DNA of 64,000 nucleotides. Source: the human T2T-CHM13v2.0 reference genome, Homo sapiens. A program made the translations under genes and the position numbers. Location: NCBI RefSeq assembly GCF_009914755.1, contig NC_060926.1; one strand, given 5' to 3'. Of this stretch, positions 28,783 through 42,703 are shown one piece after another; position 1 is the stretch's first letter; each line of letters opens with the position of its first letter. Below the pieces are notes generated by a model. The model was not told where the DNA came from. It saw only the letters and a program-made list of their open reading frames with translations, and did not search any database.

Positions 28783-29049
28783 AGGGGAAACAGGTGAGAG
28801 GCCTGTCTTGGGGATTCATTGTGATTCCTGCGGCAGTTGCCTCCCCAGACACCCAGAGCTTGCTGGTCATCCCAGACCCTTGGGCAAGGGCAAGACAGCA
28901 GCGTCCAGCAGTCGGCTTGTGCAGGGCAGCCTTCCAATTGCCCAAAATATGCGCCCTCCCGGACACCATCCTTGGAAGAGAACCTAGTTCCTTACCGATC
29001 CTTTCGTGCCTCAGTCCACCCAGACCAATTCCAGCCTTGGTGAGGCGTT

Positions 29050-29760
29050 TCCCTCTGACCAAGCACCCACCCATGGGAGGCCCGTGTCACCCGGCTGCGT
29101 TTCGCATCTCTGCTCCCATGAATAAATGTATTTACTCTAAAAACGTGTGGCTCGTGTGTTGTACGTGAAACAGCCACCAGCCTCGTGCTGAGTAGCCGTA
29201 AAATCTGTGGTGTATTGAGCGGAGCGCTGCGCTGCGTGTCCCGGCGGCCCTGCCAGGTAGGTGGATCCAGCCATCCCTTTCCCTTTGGCGGGAGAGGCTG
29301 GGCTCGAGGGACGCCCGCGGCCACAGCGCTGCGCTGCGAAGTGGCAGAGCAGAGATTTGATTCCCGGGCTCCCAGGCTCCACGGGCCTGCCTTTTCCACC
29401 TTATCTCCGTGCAGCCCAAGAGGCAGTCGAGCTCGAGTCTTGACGGGAGAACGGAGCCCTTCTAAAACCCGGGGATTTGAATGCCTGCAGGATGCGCGGT
29501 GCGCTAGGGGCGGTCACAGCTTCCTCCGGAGCGCCCGCCTCCTAGAAGGCCTTGCGCCCACTAGCGGGCGCCGCGGGGAGATGCTCTGGGCAGCTCGGAA
29601 ACCACGGTGGCCTCGCCGGGAAAGAGAGCGCCTAACCCAGGGCCAGGCACCGCCACGATTTCCTTCACCCTGACACGGCCCCCAGCCCAGCCGATACCTG
29701 TGTGAGGCCACAGCTGACCTCGATTGGGCTTTGAGAAGTTTTGTGTCACTCAACTCTGGA
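29050..29760. promoter_or_regulatory. Intergenic CpG-rich element with CTCF-like motif
   Basis: Local CpG enrichment without Alu; CCACTAGCGGGCGCC at 29558-29572. Confidence 0.6.
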
Positions 29761-29929
29761 GGGAGGTTGTTTCTAAACCGAGCACATCCTAAGAATTTTT
29801 TCCGTGATTTCACTATGTCCTAAAAAATAGAGCTCATTTTAGAGTCTTGGACAGGGCAGGGGTTTCAGAACCGTAGGTCTGAGTTCTAGCCCTGTGCCAA
29901 TAACTAAATGACCGGGTGTTCATCCGATC

Positions 29930-31010
29930 ATCTGAGAAACGTTTATTGAGCACCTATTACGTGCCCAATACTGTGCTAGTTACTCTAGCGGACAATGAGA
30001 TGAACTACTCAAGATGTGGCGTTGCTCTTGAGTAGTTCCTTGTCTAGTTGGGACTGGGGCAAGGAGATGTGATGCCAGCTGGGTAGGGTAAAGGCTTTAA
30101 GGGAACCCATGGTGGGCTGGGCCAAGAAAGGCTTCCTGGAGGAGGTGCCGCCTGAGACTCAAAACAAGTGGTGTTAGCCTGGAGTGTAGGGGAGCGAGCC
30201 TTGACGACAGAGACACGAGCAGGTACAAAGGGCAGTGAAAAGGTACATGGCCACGTGGCCACTCTGGGAGCTTCAGGGGTTCAGGATGGCTGGAGTGTGG
30301 CACGCCAGAGCCACACTCCAGCCACATGAAGACAGTCCCACCATCCTGGAGGAGAAAGTCGTGCTCCTGTTGGTTCTGATCATGCTCCTGGCTGGCTGTG
30401 AAGAGTGGACTGAAGCCTTCTGGGGCTGTAAGCAGGAAGTCAAGGCTGTAGGAGGCTGTCGTGGTCTGGAAAGAAGAAGGAGAGGCAACTATTGGGTAAT
30501 GGAGTGAGGATGGGAGAGGTCGGTGTGAGAGATTAAAGAGGAGATCTGGTGCTGACTGTTGTGGGAGAAGAGAACAGTCAGATTTCCGTTGCAGTGGCTG
30601 ATGGATGTCCTTCACCCACACTGAGGTCAAGGAAGGAAACACACAACTGTGGGACGACAACAGCGTGCACAACTTTGAGGTCACTGAGTTGAAGGAGCCT
30701 ATGACTCTGCCAAGCAGAGATGCCCAGGAAGTGTGTGAGTCTGTGCTCAGGAGAAAGCGCAGGGCAGTAGAGACACATTTTATGAGCCACCACCTTGTGC
30801 ACAGCAGCCAATGGCATTTCACTCTTACAGGGGTTGCAGGGAGTGAGAAGAAGGCCATGGACAGAAACACAGAAGAAAGACACATAAAAAAAATAGAATC
30901 CAAGATGGGGACTGAAGATTTGAAGGAGCAGAAGTAATCAGAGTTGAGTTTCGAAAAGATTGCTCTGGCTAAAGAATGCAGAATGGACTGGAGAGGGAGA
31001 AGCCACAGGC
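29930..31010. mobile_element. L2 LINE fragments
   Basis: tttattgagcacct tail, ggcttcctggaggaggtg and aagattgctctggct; reverse complement of 30400-30760 follows the L2 3' consensus. Confidence 0.65.
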
Positions 31011-31409
31011 ATGGGCCAGTCACTCAGGAGGGAGAACAGAATCCTCCCGGGGGGAGAAGTCTGATGTCTGTGTCCAAGCTACTTACCTTTTGCCCATCTC
31101 ACAGGTTCACGTGAGGCTCACATGGGGTTGTGGCAATGACACACACAGCATCCAAGTGGAAGACAGGATTGTCCTCTCATACAGAATGACTTCTCCTTGA
31201 AGAGCAGAGGTGGCATGTTGACCACCTCTCTGTTTTAAAACATGTTGAATTAGTAGCCAACATGTAAAATTCTGGAGATGTTGCATGAAATTCTGATTTC
31301 TGGCTTCTCTTAGAAAAAACATGTCTTCCAACAGTCACCCTGCATTCTTGGCAGGAACTGAGTAGCAGTTGCTCTGTTTAGCAGTTGCTCTCTTTAGATG
31401 GGGCACTCA

Positions 31410-31709
<300 letters not shown>

Positions 31710-31920
31710 AGGAATTCACTCTTCATCACTGTCCCCACCACCCCCTAGTGCCTCCTTGACACTGTTAGTTGCCATTCACCATCCTGTGGAGCTTGTATTT
31801 TCTTTCGCTGGTCCTGCTTTACTCATTTTCATTACCTGTTGGCATTTGTTTGTGACTCCTCTAGGGGTTTGGGGAATACAACTGTCTTCATGTGAGGGCT
31901 TGGTAGAAGTGCCTCTGTAG

Positions 31921-32217
31921 AGCCAGGTGCAGTGACTCACATCTTTAATCCCAGCATTTTGGGAGGCCGAGGCGGGCGGATCATGAGGTCAGGAGATCGA
32001 GACCATCCTAGCTAACATGGTGAAACCCTGTCTCTACTAAAAATACAAAAATTAGCCGGGTGTGGTGGCATACACCTGTAGTCCCAGCTACTTGGGAGAC
32101 TGAGCAGGAGAATCGCTTGAACCCAGGAGGCGGAGGTTGCAGTGAGCCGAGATCGCGCCATTGCCCTACAGCCTGGGTGGCAGAGGGACACTCCATCTCA
32201 AAAAAAAAAAAAAAGAA
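31921..32217 (+). mobile_element. AluSc/Y-like
   Basis: gaggtcaggagatcgagaccatcct; TSD agaagtRcctctgtaga. Confidence 0.9.
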
Positions 32218-33068
32218 GTACCTCTGTAGAATGACACCCCAAGTAATCTGTTTACTTTGCATGCACATCTTCTCGAGCCCTGCCTTTCAATCTGAGCCAC
32301 AGGCTCTTCAAAAATGTTCAATAATTATATTTAATATATTTTAAACAACCACAGTTTAAGAATTCTAATTTAAACAAAAAAAGTCACAGATACAACAAAA
32401 TGTGTTATCAAGCACATTTAATTCACTGGCAACCACAAGACATTGATTGTGCCCCTAGGTTACGTAGAAGGCCGTAGAAATGAACTCGCCATCGCTGTGC
32501 GATTGAAGAGTTTAGCTTGATAGTGCAAGGCCGGTGGCTGAAAAAAATGCTACCGTTTGCCCTATTCCTTGTCAAGACTTTCTCAGTACTGACTCTTGAA
32601 ATAAATTGACTTCTTGAAGCTAGCATAAGACTGCAAATGGCCATTGCAACTGCCATTTCAAATTTCTGAAGATGTATTAGAAACGAAGAACCCACTGCCG
32701 TCGGGGGAAAGAGGACCTGGGCAGATAGAAGGAAAGAATGGAAGACATTTTTTCTCCCTTGGAAAGGCTTTCGCCATATAACTACTGCACATTTTAATAT
32801 ATTGACAACACTGGACATTTTTCCAAAAGTAAGTAAAAACCTTCATTGTTCAACTTTATAATAAGCCAATGATTACTTGTGGATTCATTATGATAATAAA
32901 GCACTTCTATGGGGATTTTCTTTTTTTTATGATAGGTTTTGCTTTAGAAAACAATTGAAAGCCACTTTTCTGGGAAAAAAAACAAAAAACAAAAAAAAAC
33001 GCTGTTTGCGGCAGCCCCAATTCCCTAAGCATTATCTGGTGGGAGATGTGTTGCAGCGAGACCTCCCA

Positions 33069-33083
33069 CCAGTAGGTGGCACT
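33069..33083 (+). promoter_or_regulatory. CTCF-like motif upstream of PSMD1
   Basis: CCAGTAGGTGGCACT matches the core CCASYAGRKGGCRSY. Confidence 0.65.
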
Positions 33084-33531
33084 GCGCGCAATGCTCGCAC
33101 CTCCCCTCAACACCCTTTCTCTCAGCAATGGCGGGTGATGGTGGGGGTCCTCTCTTTGCAGGGCTGGCCATTCTAATGCCTGACCTCAGGTGCAGACCAG
33201 TGTTCCGTTGCGCGGGACTCCTGACCTCGAGGAGGTTTAGAGAAAACAATGGTGTTCTCTGTGTACCCTTCCGCGAGGGCTGGGGAGTATACCGCCGCGC
33301 AGAAGACGCAGGCCAGGGGAGAATTCGCGCCGGGCGGCAGGCGGGGTGGCGGGCAGCCCCTGGGCGGGCGGGGTCCTGGCGAGAAGCGAGCCGGCGGCCT
33401 GAGGAGGCGACTGACTGAGCAGCGCACCCGGGGAGCAAGGAGGCGCGGTGAACTGAGCGGCCCCTGAGCTGACAGATACACTGCGCAGCTGGAACGGCGA
33501 GCGAGCCGACGGGCGAGTGAGGGGCGCAGCC

Positions 33532-33547
33532 ATGATCACCTCGGCCG
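33532..33547 (+). CDS. PSMD1: PSMD1 exon 1 coding part (MITSA)
   Basis: gcagccATG ATC ACC TCG GCC G|gtgagt; matches the Rpn2/PSMD1 N-terminus. Confidence 0.93.
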
Positions 33548-33600
33548 GTGAGTGCGGCCCGTAGCCAGCGCCTGGAGGGAGGAGCCGCCGCCGCGCCGGC

Positions 33601-33615
33601 TTTTAGCTGAGTCAG
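33601..33615 (-). promoter_or_regulatory. ARE / CNC-sMaf (NFE2L1/NFE2L2) motif in PSMD1 intron 1
   Basis: Minus strand reads cTGACTCAGCtaaaa: TGACTCAGC core plus AT-rich flank. Confidence 0.55.
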
Positions 33616-34946
33616 GGCCGGTGACTGGGCGCCTCCCGGCGGAACGCCGGCCTGGGCAGCTTCTTGCTGCCCAGGGCCCACCCCCGGGCCGGGGGGCTGG
33701 GAGTCTGATCAGGTCACTGCGTGCTTCTCTGGCTTGAGGGAATCGAGCCGGGTCGACCGCCTCGGCATCCCTCCCCAATCACACCCCAGCGCCAGGACCC
33801 GAGGGGCTTCCTGGGCCTTCCCCTGACCCCAGAAGGGCTTACCTTTTTTCTGTGCCTCCCATTCTTGGCCGTGTGAGGTCGTCCAGCCCCAGTTCTTGCC
33901 CGCAGGGGGCCGGGGTGGGATGGGCCCCTGTGCCATTGAACAGTAAGGCAAACCCCCCTGATCGGGCAGCCTAACTGCTACAGAAGTGTTTCTGGACGTG
34001 GCCGAGCTCCATTCGCCTTAGAATGAAACCCGAAATTAGGTTTGAGGTGGGTCATTTCTGGGTCCGATCCAAGGGTGTTCATTCAAAACACCCAGAGAAC
34101 TTTTGGGTTCGGCGAAGACCCTAAAGACGCCCTGGAGATACCTTTATACTGAGAGCCTACTTATACCCTTTCGAGGTTATGTGCTCAGTCTGTTGACTGT
34201 ACATTCAAGAAAGAATGGATGGATCTGCGGAGCAGGTTTCATACGCGCAAACCATTGCATAGGTAGATTCACGTAGTGACATTTGCAATGGAGTAAGTTA
34301 CAGAGATCAAGTTTCAATTGGAGACTTAAGCTCCCCGTTACAGATTGACTTGCATATAGCTGTCCAGAGCCTTGGTGCTTTTTTCCGTTGCCTATTTACA
34401 TACCCTTTTCTCATTTTCTTACTCTGTGTTTGACCCACAAAGAAAGCATTTTATTGTAAACAAACTGGTGAGCAGAAGACAGTAATCTGAATGGTAAGGC
34501 GATCAAAACTTTATTTTTATGAGGATTGGTTAAGGAGATCGTTGGAGATACTGGGAGACGTAGTTACTTTCAAACATTTGAAGAGCTGTCACTTGTACCT
34601 GAAATAAGACTTTTTGTCCCCAAGAGATACAAGTGATCGCGAGATGAATTTTAGTTCAGTATCAGGAAGTTTTTCCAGTCAGAGCTTTGTAAAGATCAAA
34701 TAAACACTCAGTTTCTTGCCACCTATAGGCCTCATTCTATTTCAAATCCATCCATTACCAATGTTTCTTCTAACTCGGCCCAAACCACCTTCATCTCTTG
34801 TCTGGGTTACTATATCAGCCTTAAGGCTTTGTTTTCGACCATTACCTCCGTACAGCCCGTTTTTCTTGTGGACTATGCTTTTTAAAACTTTAATCACATA
34901 ATACTTCTTTGCTTACAATCCACCAGTGCTTACATTGTGTTTAGAG

Positions 34947-35140
34947 CAGCCGTGTCCAACCCTTTGAATTCGAGGACTTTTTTTCTTACTGTGGTGGTCG
35001 GACATCGTGAAAATTATATACAAACCTTTTTTTTTTTTTTTAAGCTCATTAGCTATCATTAGTGTTAGTGTATTTTATGTATGCCCCAAGATACTTCTTC
35101 CATTGTGGCCCAGGGGAGCCAAAAGGTTGGACACCCCTGG
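34947..35140 (-). mobile_element. MER30-like hAT element within L2 remnants (about 34700-35560)
   Basis: agctcattagctatcattagtgttagtgtattttatgt ... gccaaaaggttggacacccctg. Confidence 0.8.
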
Positions 35141-37387
35141 CATACAGTAAAATCCAGACTCTTAACCAAGGACCCACATGATCTGATTCCCGCCTTGTCT
35201 TGTAGTACTGTCTTCACTCAATACATCCTAATCACACTGGACTTTTTGTTCCTTGGATATGTCAGTTTCTCTCCTATCTCGGGGCCCTGGCACATTCTGT
35301 TCCTTTCTAGTCTTCTCTTCCTCAGATTTTCCCTTAGCTTCTCAATCTTTTGTCTCAACTCAAATGTTATCCTTCCCTGATCATTCTATTAAAACACGCT
35401 TACTCTCCCTCCACCACAGCTCTGTAATTGCCTTGTTTGTTTACTTGCCTGATCACTGTCTCTCTCTCTCTCTCTGGTAGAATTTTGAGCAGGAAGCTTG
35501 TTTTCACAATTCTAGAATACTGCTGAGAGCATGGCAGAAATTCAAAAGTATGTCTTGACTGAAGAGCTCAGTCAGCCAGTCAAAGCAATTAATCAGTCCC
35601 TTGAGTTTTTAAAGTAGAGGCGGAAAAAGCACTTGGTGACAATATAATAGACTTTAAGCCTCTTTAAGGTGGCAAAACTAATAATTTTTGAGGTCCTATC
35701 CTGAGATTCTGTGATGATCATATAGTGTATATTTATTACTGCCATTTAAGTTTATTGGATTACTTGTCAACTTCTGTTCCAAATCTTTTGTCACTTTGTT
35801 TTCTGTCCTATGGCTCATGTTGGCTTAGAATTTGTCCCAGGTGCTAAACAGGCTAGTCTCATGGTTCTGGTGTGGATTAGTCAGTTTGTTCATTCATTTA
35901 TTGACCAGGCAGTTGCTAGGCATCACCATACAGTGGTGAATAAGAGGTCAACATGTTCTATTAGTTTTTTCCAAGAGGTTTGACTATGCAGGGGAATGGA
36001 GAGAGAGAGAGAGGTGCTTCCAGGCGGGAGATGTGAAATTGAGTGGGTTGGTGTTTTCTTTTTTAAACATAATACAGACACATAAAGGAAAGTTGTGCTA
36101 AAAAGCTTTAAAACAATAGTCCCCCACCTCACTTTCCCTTTCCTGATCCCCAGAGGCAGGTATTCCCAACTTTTAAGCTGTGTCTTCTGGAACATACCTC
36201 CGTATTTGTAAATAAATATCCAAATATTTCTGTCAATTGATTCAACAGTTTTAGACCAATATCTGCTCAGTTCCTATAACGGCATAAGAGGCTTTTAGCA
36301 TCCTTAGGCCTTTCCCATTCTCTCCCCTCTCCAGAAGAGAGTTCTGTTTTGTTTTTAAGATGGGAAATACTAATGTATGGAGTGTAGAGTATTTGATTTA
36401 GTTCTGGTCCATGGCCAGAGGCTGAGTTTCCAAGCCAGGACAACCATGTAACCAGTTAGTCATAAGTGAAACCAAACCAGAGAATATAAAAATCCATCTC
36501 CCTTTTTGGTAAAAGCCGTTCAAATACATTGACTGAGGATAGGTAGCAGTTTTAGTATTAAGTGTTCTGTTATTTAAGATCTGTTCTACATTTAAAGCAT
36601 TCTGGCCTGTCATCTTACTCCACATCACTAGTTTGCAATTTTTTCTTTTTCACTGATTGAATTTTGAAATTTATCTGTTCCCTGTGCTGTCCATTCAGAA
36701 TCTCTGTTCTGGACTTGTCATACCAACCTAGAGTACCAAGAGGTTCTTTATATCTGCTTTTATGCTACTTTAGTTTTGCTTGGTAAATTTTGTATCTTTT
36801 CCTGTGTGGCTTCCTAAAGATTGCTTAAGCTATTTGGCAAACCTATACTTGTCAATTAGAAATGGCTACATCTAACTAAGTTGCCTTGACACTTTTTAAT
36901 CAAACCACAGTTTCAACTCGGTGTTCTGGAATGATTTTAAAACCCACATGGAAAGCATTTGAGAGTGGTTTCCTTTGTGGTCTTAGTACAATAATTTCCC
37001 ATATCATTTTTCCAATAATCCCTTTGACCTTTGACTATATTTCAAGGTGTGTTCTTTTGGAGAGGACAATTATTCCTTTTACTCTCCTATGTTAGTGGTA
37101 ATACCTTGAGGCTAAGAGAAGCCATATGGAGAACACTGTGCTTGGGTAATTGAATTCAGAATGAGTATGATTGTTCATCATTTGGTAAAACCCAGGTTAC
37201 TTGTGATAGGAAAGAGGTGCCATAATATACACACCTTGAAATAATTGAAGTATTTTACCTTGTTGATTTGATGACTAAATGCTCCCATTTTTGTAAATAA
37301 TCTTATAACTGTTGATTTATTTTGTATGAATAATTTTATTCTAAAATTGTATAGGAAAGTTTCCCATTTTAATCAGTAAATTAGGCC

Positions 37388-37543
37388 AATGGTTCTCAAA
37401 CTATAGAGAGCAAAAGAATCACAGTACTGGGCCCCATCCTCATAATTTGTGATTCAGTAGGTCTGGAATGGGGCCGAGAATGTGTATTTCTAACAGGTTC
37501 CCAGGCAATGCTGTTAGTCCAGGGACCACACTGAAAACCATTG
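37388..37543. mobile_element. MER5A hAT MITE
   Basis: caatggttctcaaact ... gattcagtaggtctgg ... gggaccacactgaaaaccattg. Confidence 0.8.
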
Positions 37544-37772
37544 AATTAGGCAAATGATGTAATATATGTGGTGCCATGAGGGTTTGATAATATAGTTAAG
37601 TCTTAAACTTGAGATATAAACCTTTACACTTTCAAAGAAAAATAATCATTCCCCTGGAGAAGTTACGCCTCAAAAAAATTGTTTTTCAGCCATCATGTAT
37701 TTTTGACCAGGTGTTAATTTCCACTTTAGTGAGAATGTGTTTCATAATCATGTTACATCTTTTTTCTCATAG

Positions 37773-37816
37773 CTGGAATTATTTCTCTTCTGGATGAAGA
37801 TGAACCACAGCTTAAG
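37773..37816 (+). CDS. PSMD1: PSMD1 exon 2 (AGIISLLDEDEPQLK)
   Basis: ctcatag| ... AAG|gtatga; 44 nt, phase consistent. Confidence 0.95.
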
Positions 37817-38049
37817 GTATGAATTGAAGAATAAGTAACTAGGCTTAGTGTGAATACTGTGAAGCCTTTTGAATTTAGTGATATCTGTAATCTTCCATCA
37901 TTTAAAGTTGCTGTCCTAGCTGGCTTGTACCCAGTTACTGTAACCTAGCCAGAGAGGACAGTATTTTGGCCACAGCAGTTGGTTTCCCTTGAGTTTAACA
38001 AAGCTAAGACAAATAAACCTCGTTACGACACTTGAATAGCCCCCTAATT

Positions 38050-38372
38050 TCTTTCTTTTTTTTCTTTTTTTAATCTTTTTTCTTTTTTGAGACAGAGTCT
38101 CGCTTTATCACCCAGGCTAGAGTGCAGTGTGTGGTCATGGTTCACTGCAGCCTTGACCTCCTACACTCAAATGATCCTCCCACCTCAGCCTCCCAAGTAG
38201 CTAGGACTGTAGGCATGCACCACCACACTCAGCTAATTTTTAAATTTTTTGTTGTGATGGGGTCTCACTGTGTTGTCCAGGTTGATCTCAAACTCCTGCT
38301 CCTGGGCTCAAGTGATCCCCCCGCCTTGACCTCCCAAAGTACTGGGATTACGGGTCTGAGCCACCACACCTT
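38050..38372 (-). mobile_element. AluJ
   Basis: Diverged antisense Alu. Confidence 0.85.
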
Positions 38373-38732
38373 CCGCTTCCCCCGCCCCAGTTTCATTATC
38401 AACAGAAAACACAAAAAGTTGTTGCTTCTGTTTCACATATTTAAAGTTTTTTATTTGATGAAAATTTGGAATGTCCTTCTGGTGGCTCTAGATACTTGAT
38501 TCCTTTACATCTAAACCAGCAACCTGGAGTTAATTGTTTATATTCAAAGAAGAAAAATGTTGATGATTGAAAACAGAAAAGAAATGTGTAAACTCAAGAA
38601 AAAGTGTAAGTTGGTAAATTTTTATATTTGTCATAGAGTAAAAGTTTGAGTAAATATTACTGAGGATTTGATCATTGATTTGCTGAAAAGAATTTTTTAA
38701 GGAAGTGTAATGATAAGTCTATCTCAAAATAG

Positions 38733-38828
<96 letters not shown>

Positions 38829-38964
38829 TAAGAAATTATTTTTATAAATCAGAATAAGATGGATCAAATTTAATTGTGAATGTGGGTCTTGTGGCTTATT
38901 GATTCATTTAGAAATTTGCTGTTAACTGAATTGTGGCTTGAATATTTAGATTTGGGATTTTTAG

Positions 38965-39309
<345 letters not shown>

Positions 39310-41099
39310 TAATAATTTTATGCAGGCTGAGTTTTTAGATCTGCCCTTCAACTGAGTGCTGGTTCTCAGTGGTTATGATGATCACCAGTCCAGTGAGCCT
39401 ACTGTTAGAGGAAAAGATTAAATCAGATTAGTATGAGTAACAAGTGGTACCAGTTTGTGTAGTTTTTTCGAATACAGGAAACCATTATTTAGTATCTGCA
39501 TTGTGCTAGGCACCGTGCTAGTCACTCTGCATACCATGGTTTATTCCACAGCTACCCCATGAGGAAGGAGCTAGCCGTTTTACAGATGAGACAACTTGGA
39601 TTTTGAGATGATAAAGACATGGTTATTAAATAGAAGGATAAAATTTAAAACCTGGTTTTACTCACTCTAAAACCCATACTGTTTCTATTTGTAACCGTTG
39701 TTTTCTTACTTGTTTCCTTATTTTTGAAGGAAGGGGATAACACACAGGCAAGGCTTTGAATTTTCTGACACATATTTCAACCAGAGTTGTAAATTCAACT
39801 AGTTATGTAAGATTTGATACAAAGATTTTATAGTGTAAAAAAATGCTTGAAAACTGTTGATGTAGTAAATGAAAGAAGGGACTGCATACCCTTCAGACAT
39901 GTGTTTATCAGACTTTGGATTCATAGTACAGAGAGCTCAAGGGCATGTTCTGTCAGGAGTGTGCAGTGCAGATATTTCACATTGCTGATTAGTAGAAGGT
40001 CTGTATTATTCACTTGAACACTTACAAGGAGGAAGTTGGTATTCTCTTTTAGAAATTGGGAAGTCCTGCACAAGGGGGTTGATAGAGGTACCATCAACTG
40101 TCCTTGGGATTCTGTGTTCATGTTTTTAAAGTTTTTGCTATGATGATGTGAAAATTTTGCAAGTTACTTTATTGCTGTTGGAGGCTCATTGAATTGAGCT
40201 GTCATCTGTGAATCCAGTGGGAAGAACTGATGGCTTAAAAGGATGGACCGTATTATTTGAAACTAGACTACTTTCTTCACTTTAAGCTAGAAGCAGGGGG
40301 TGAAATACCTTACTTATCTCTTTTATTTGATGGATTTTTTTTTTTTGAAAACAGGGCAGGATCTCACTGTGTTGACCAGGGTGGTCTCAAACTCCTGGCC
40401 TCAAGCAGTTCTCCTGCTTTGGCCTCCCAAAGTGTTGGAATTAACAGGCGTGAGCCACCACAGCCAGCCTTTTTTTTTTCTTTAATGAAGGTTTATGGTT
40501 TTTTACAACAGTGATCTACAAATGCTTAAAATGCCACCATTGTACAAATTGTGCTTTTAAACTGGACTGTTGGTATGAAGTGCTATGGCATGGTAGATGC
40601 CTTCTAAACACTGTATCATTTTACCTTTGGAAGGTGAGTTTTGATCAGTAGACCAGTTCTGTTTGCATTTATTTATTTAAAAGTGGGGTTCACCCTTCCT
40701 CTAGTTTTGTAGGGCACATTTTTTAAGATGTCAGTGAGATTCATGAGGGGGTATACAAAACAGAATTTGGGTAAGGCTTCCTAGCGTCTTAATGAATATC
40801 GTAAACAGTACCTCCAGAAAATCCAGGACTCATAAATCTCCAAGTTATGACAAGGCTTTAGCAGGAAATGAGGCTGAGTTTTAGTTATAACATAAACCTG
40901 GGATATATTTATGACATATATGCAAACCTGGTGAATGAGAACATGAATCTCATTTGAAACCTGGGACATACATTTTTCCCCTTCAGTTATATAATCTAAG
41001 GAAAATTCCCCAAATGTTCTAATTTTGAGGTTCCTCTCTGATGGGGTAGGGGTAATGTTTCCTCACTTAGCTACAGTTGGTTCAAAAAGCTCACATTAG

Positions 41100-41465
<366 letters not shown>

Positions 41466-41736
41466 CACTATGTTCTTATTAACTGTACCTGAACCTTCAT
41501 GGTTCCAGCTGAATCTTGAATGTAGTATATTCCAATTTATAAAAGTCCTCTGCTTCCTTCAAGATATAGACCCATTTAACCCGGGTCATCTAGTAGGCCA
41601 ACAATCATTTATGCTAGTTAAAATTATTTTTATTTCTTGGGGCTATGGTTTGTAACTAATAAATCTTGCCCTCGTCTTCTTACTTATCTTTGAAAGGGAA
41701 AGAAACAAGCCAATGAATTATGGAGAGGATAATTAA

Positions 41737-42103
<367 letters not shown>

Positions 42104-42394
42104 AGGGTGACTGTTTTATCTTCCTTATGAAGGTGGAAGGCTTAGGGAAATGTCCTTCTTTTGGTTGTACTTAGAAAGTTTAAGGTGTGATTGCAAAGAT
42201 ATAACTAAATTGCAAACAAATGTTTCTTATCAGGTGTGCTATTGATATCCTTCAGTATGTCACACCCTCCCCTCCATGCACCCAAATCATTGTGAAATAT
42301 GGAAGCTAAATTGGGCACAAACACTTTTGCATGAATTTTCAGACACCTTCTTGGGAGAAATAGGTTCCACCTACCTCACATTGAGACAATAAAT

Positions 42395-42703
42395 AGAGTC
42401 AGGAATCACATAATGACAGACTGCATAGACAACAGATGTCCCATAAGAGTACAATACCATATTTTTACTGTACCTTTTCTGTGTTTAGACACAAATGCTA
42501 TTGCCTATAGTATTCAATACACTAATATGCTATACAGGTTTGCAGCCTAGAAGCACTAGGCCATACCATAGAGCCTAGGTATGTAGTAGGTTATATAACA
42601 TCTAGGTTTGTGTAAGTTCACTCCATGATGTTTGCACAATGATGAAATCACCTAAAGATGTGTTTTCCAGAATGTATTACTGTCATTAAGCGACACAGGA
42701 CTG
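42395..42703. mobile_element. Tigger3a/MER7A MITE
   Basis: Reverse of the Tigger3 core (tacaggtttgcagcctag...catctaggtttgtgtaag). Confidence 0.75.

Larger units (their letters stand above)
33000..33970. promoter_or_regulatory. CpG island / promoter of PSMD1
   Basis: CpG-rich, TATA-less, GC boxes at about 33335-33375, surrounds ATG at 33532. Confidence 0.9.

Noticed and set aside
30097-31023. 308-aa minus-strand ORF
   Set aside because: Non-ATG start, Ser/Leu-rich with no recognisable domain, lies over L2 remnants.
33025-33951. ORF cluster at the PSMD1 promoter (218 aa minus strand and others)
   Set aside because: CpG-island artefacts; no ATG between about 33400 and 33531, so no uORF in the likely 5'UTR.
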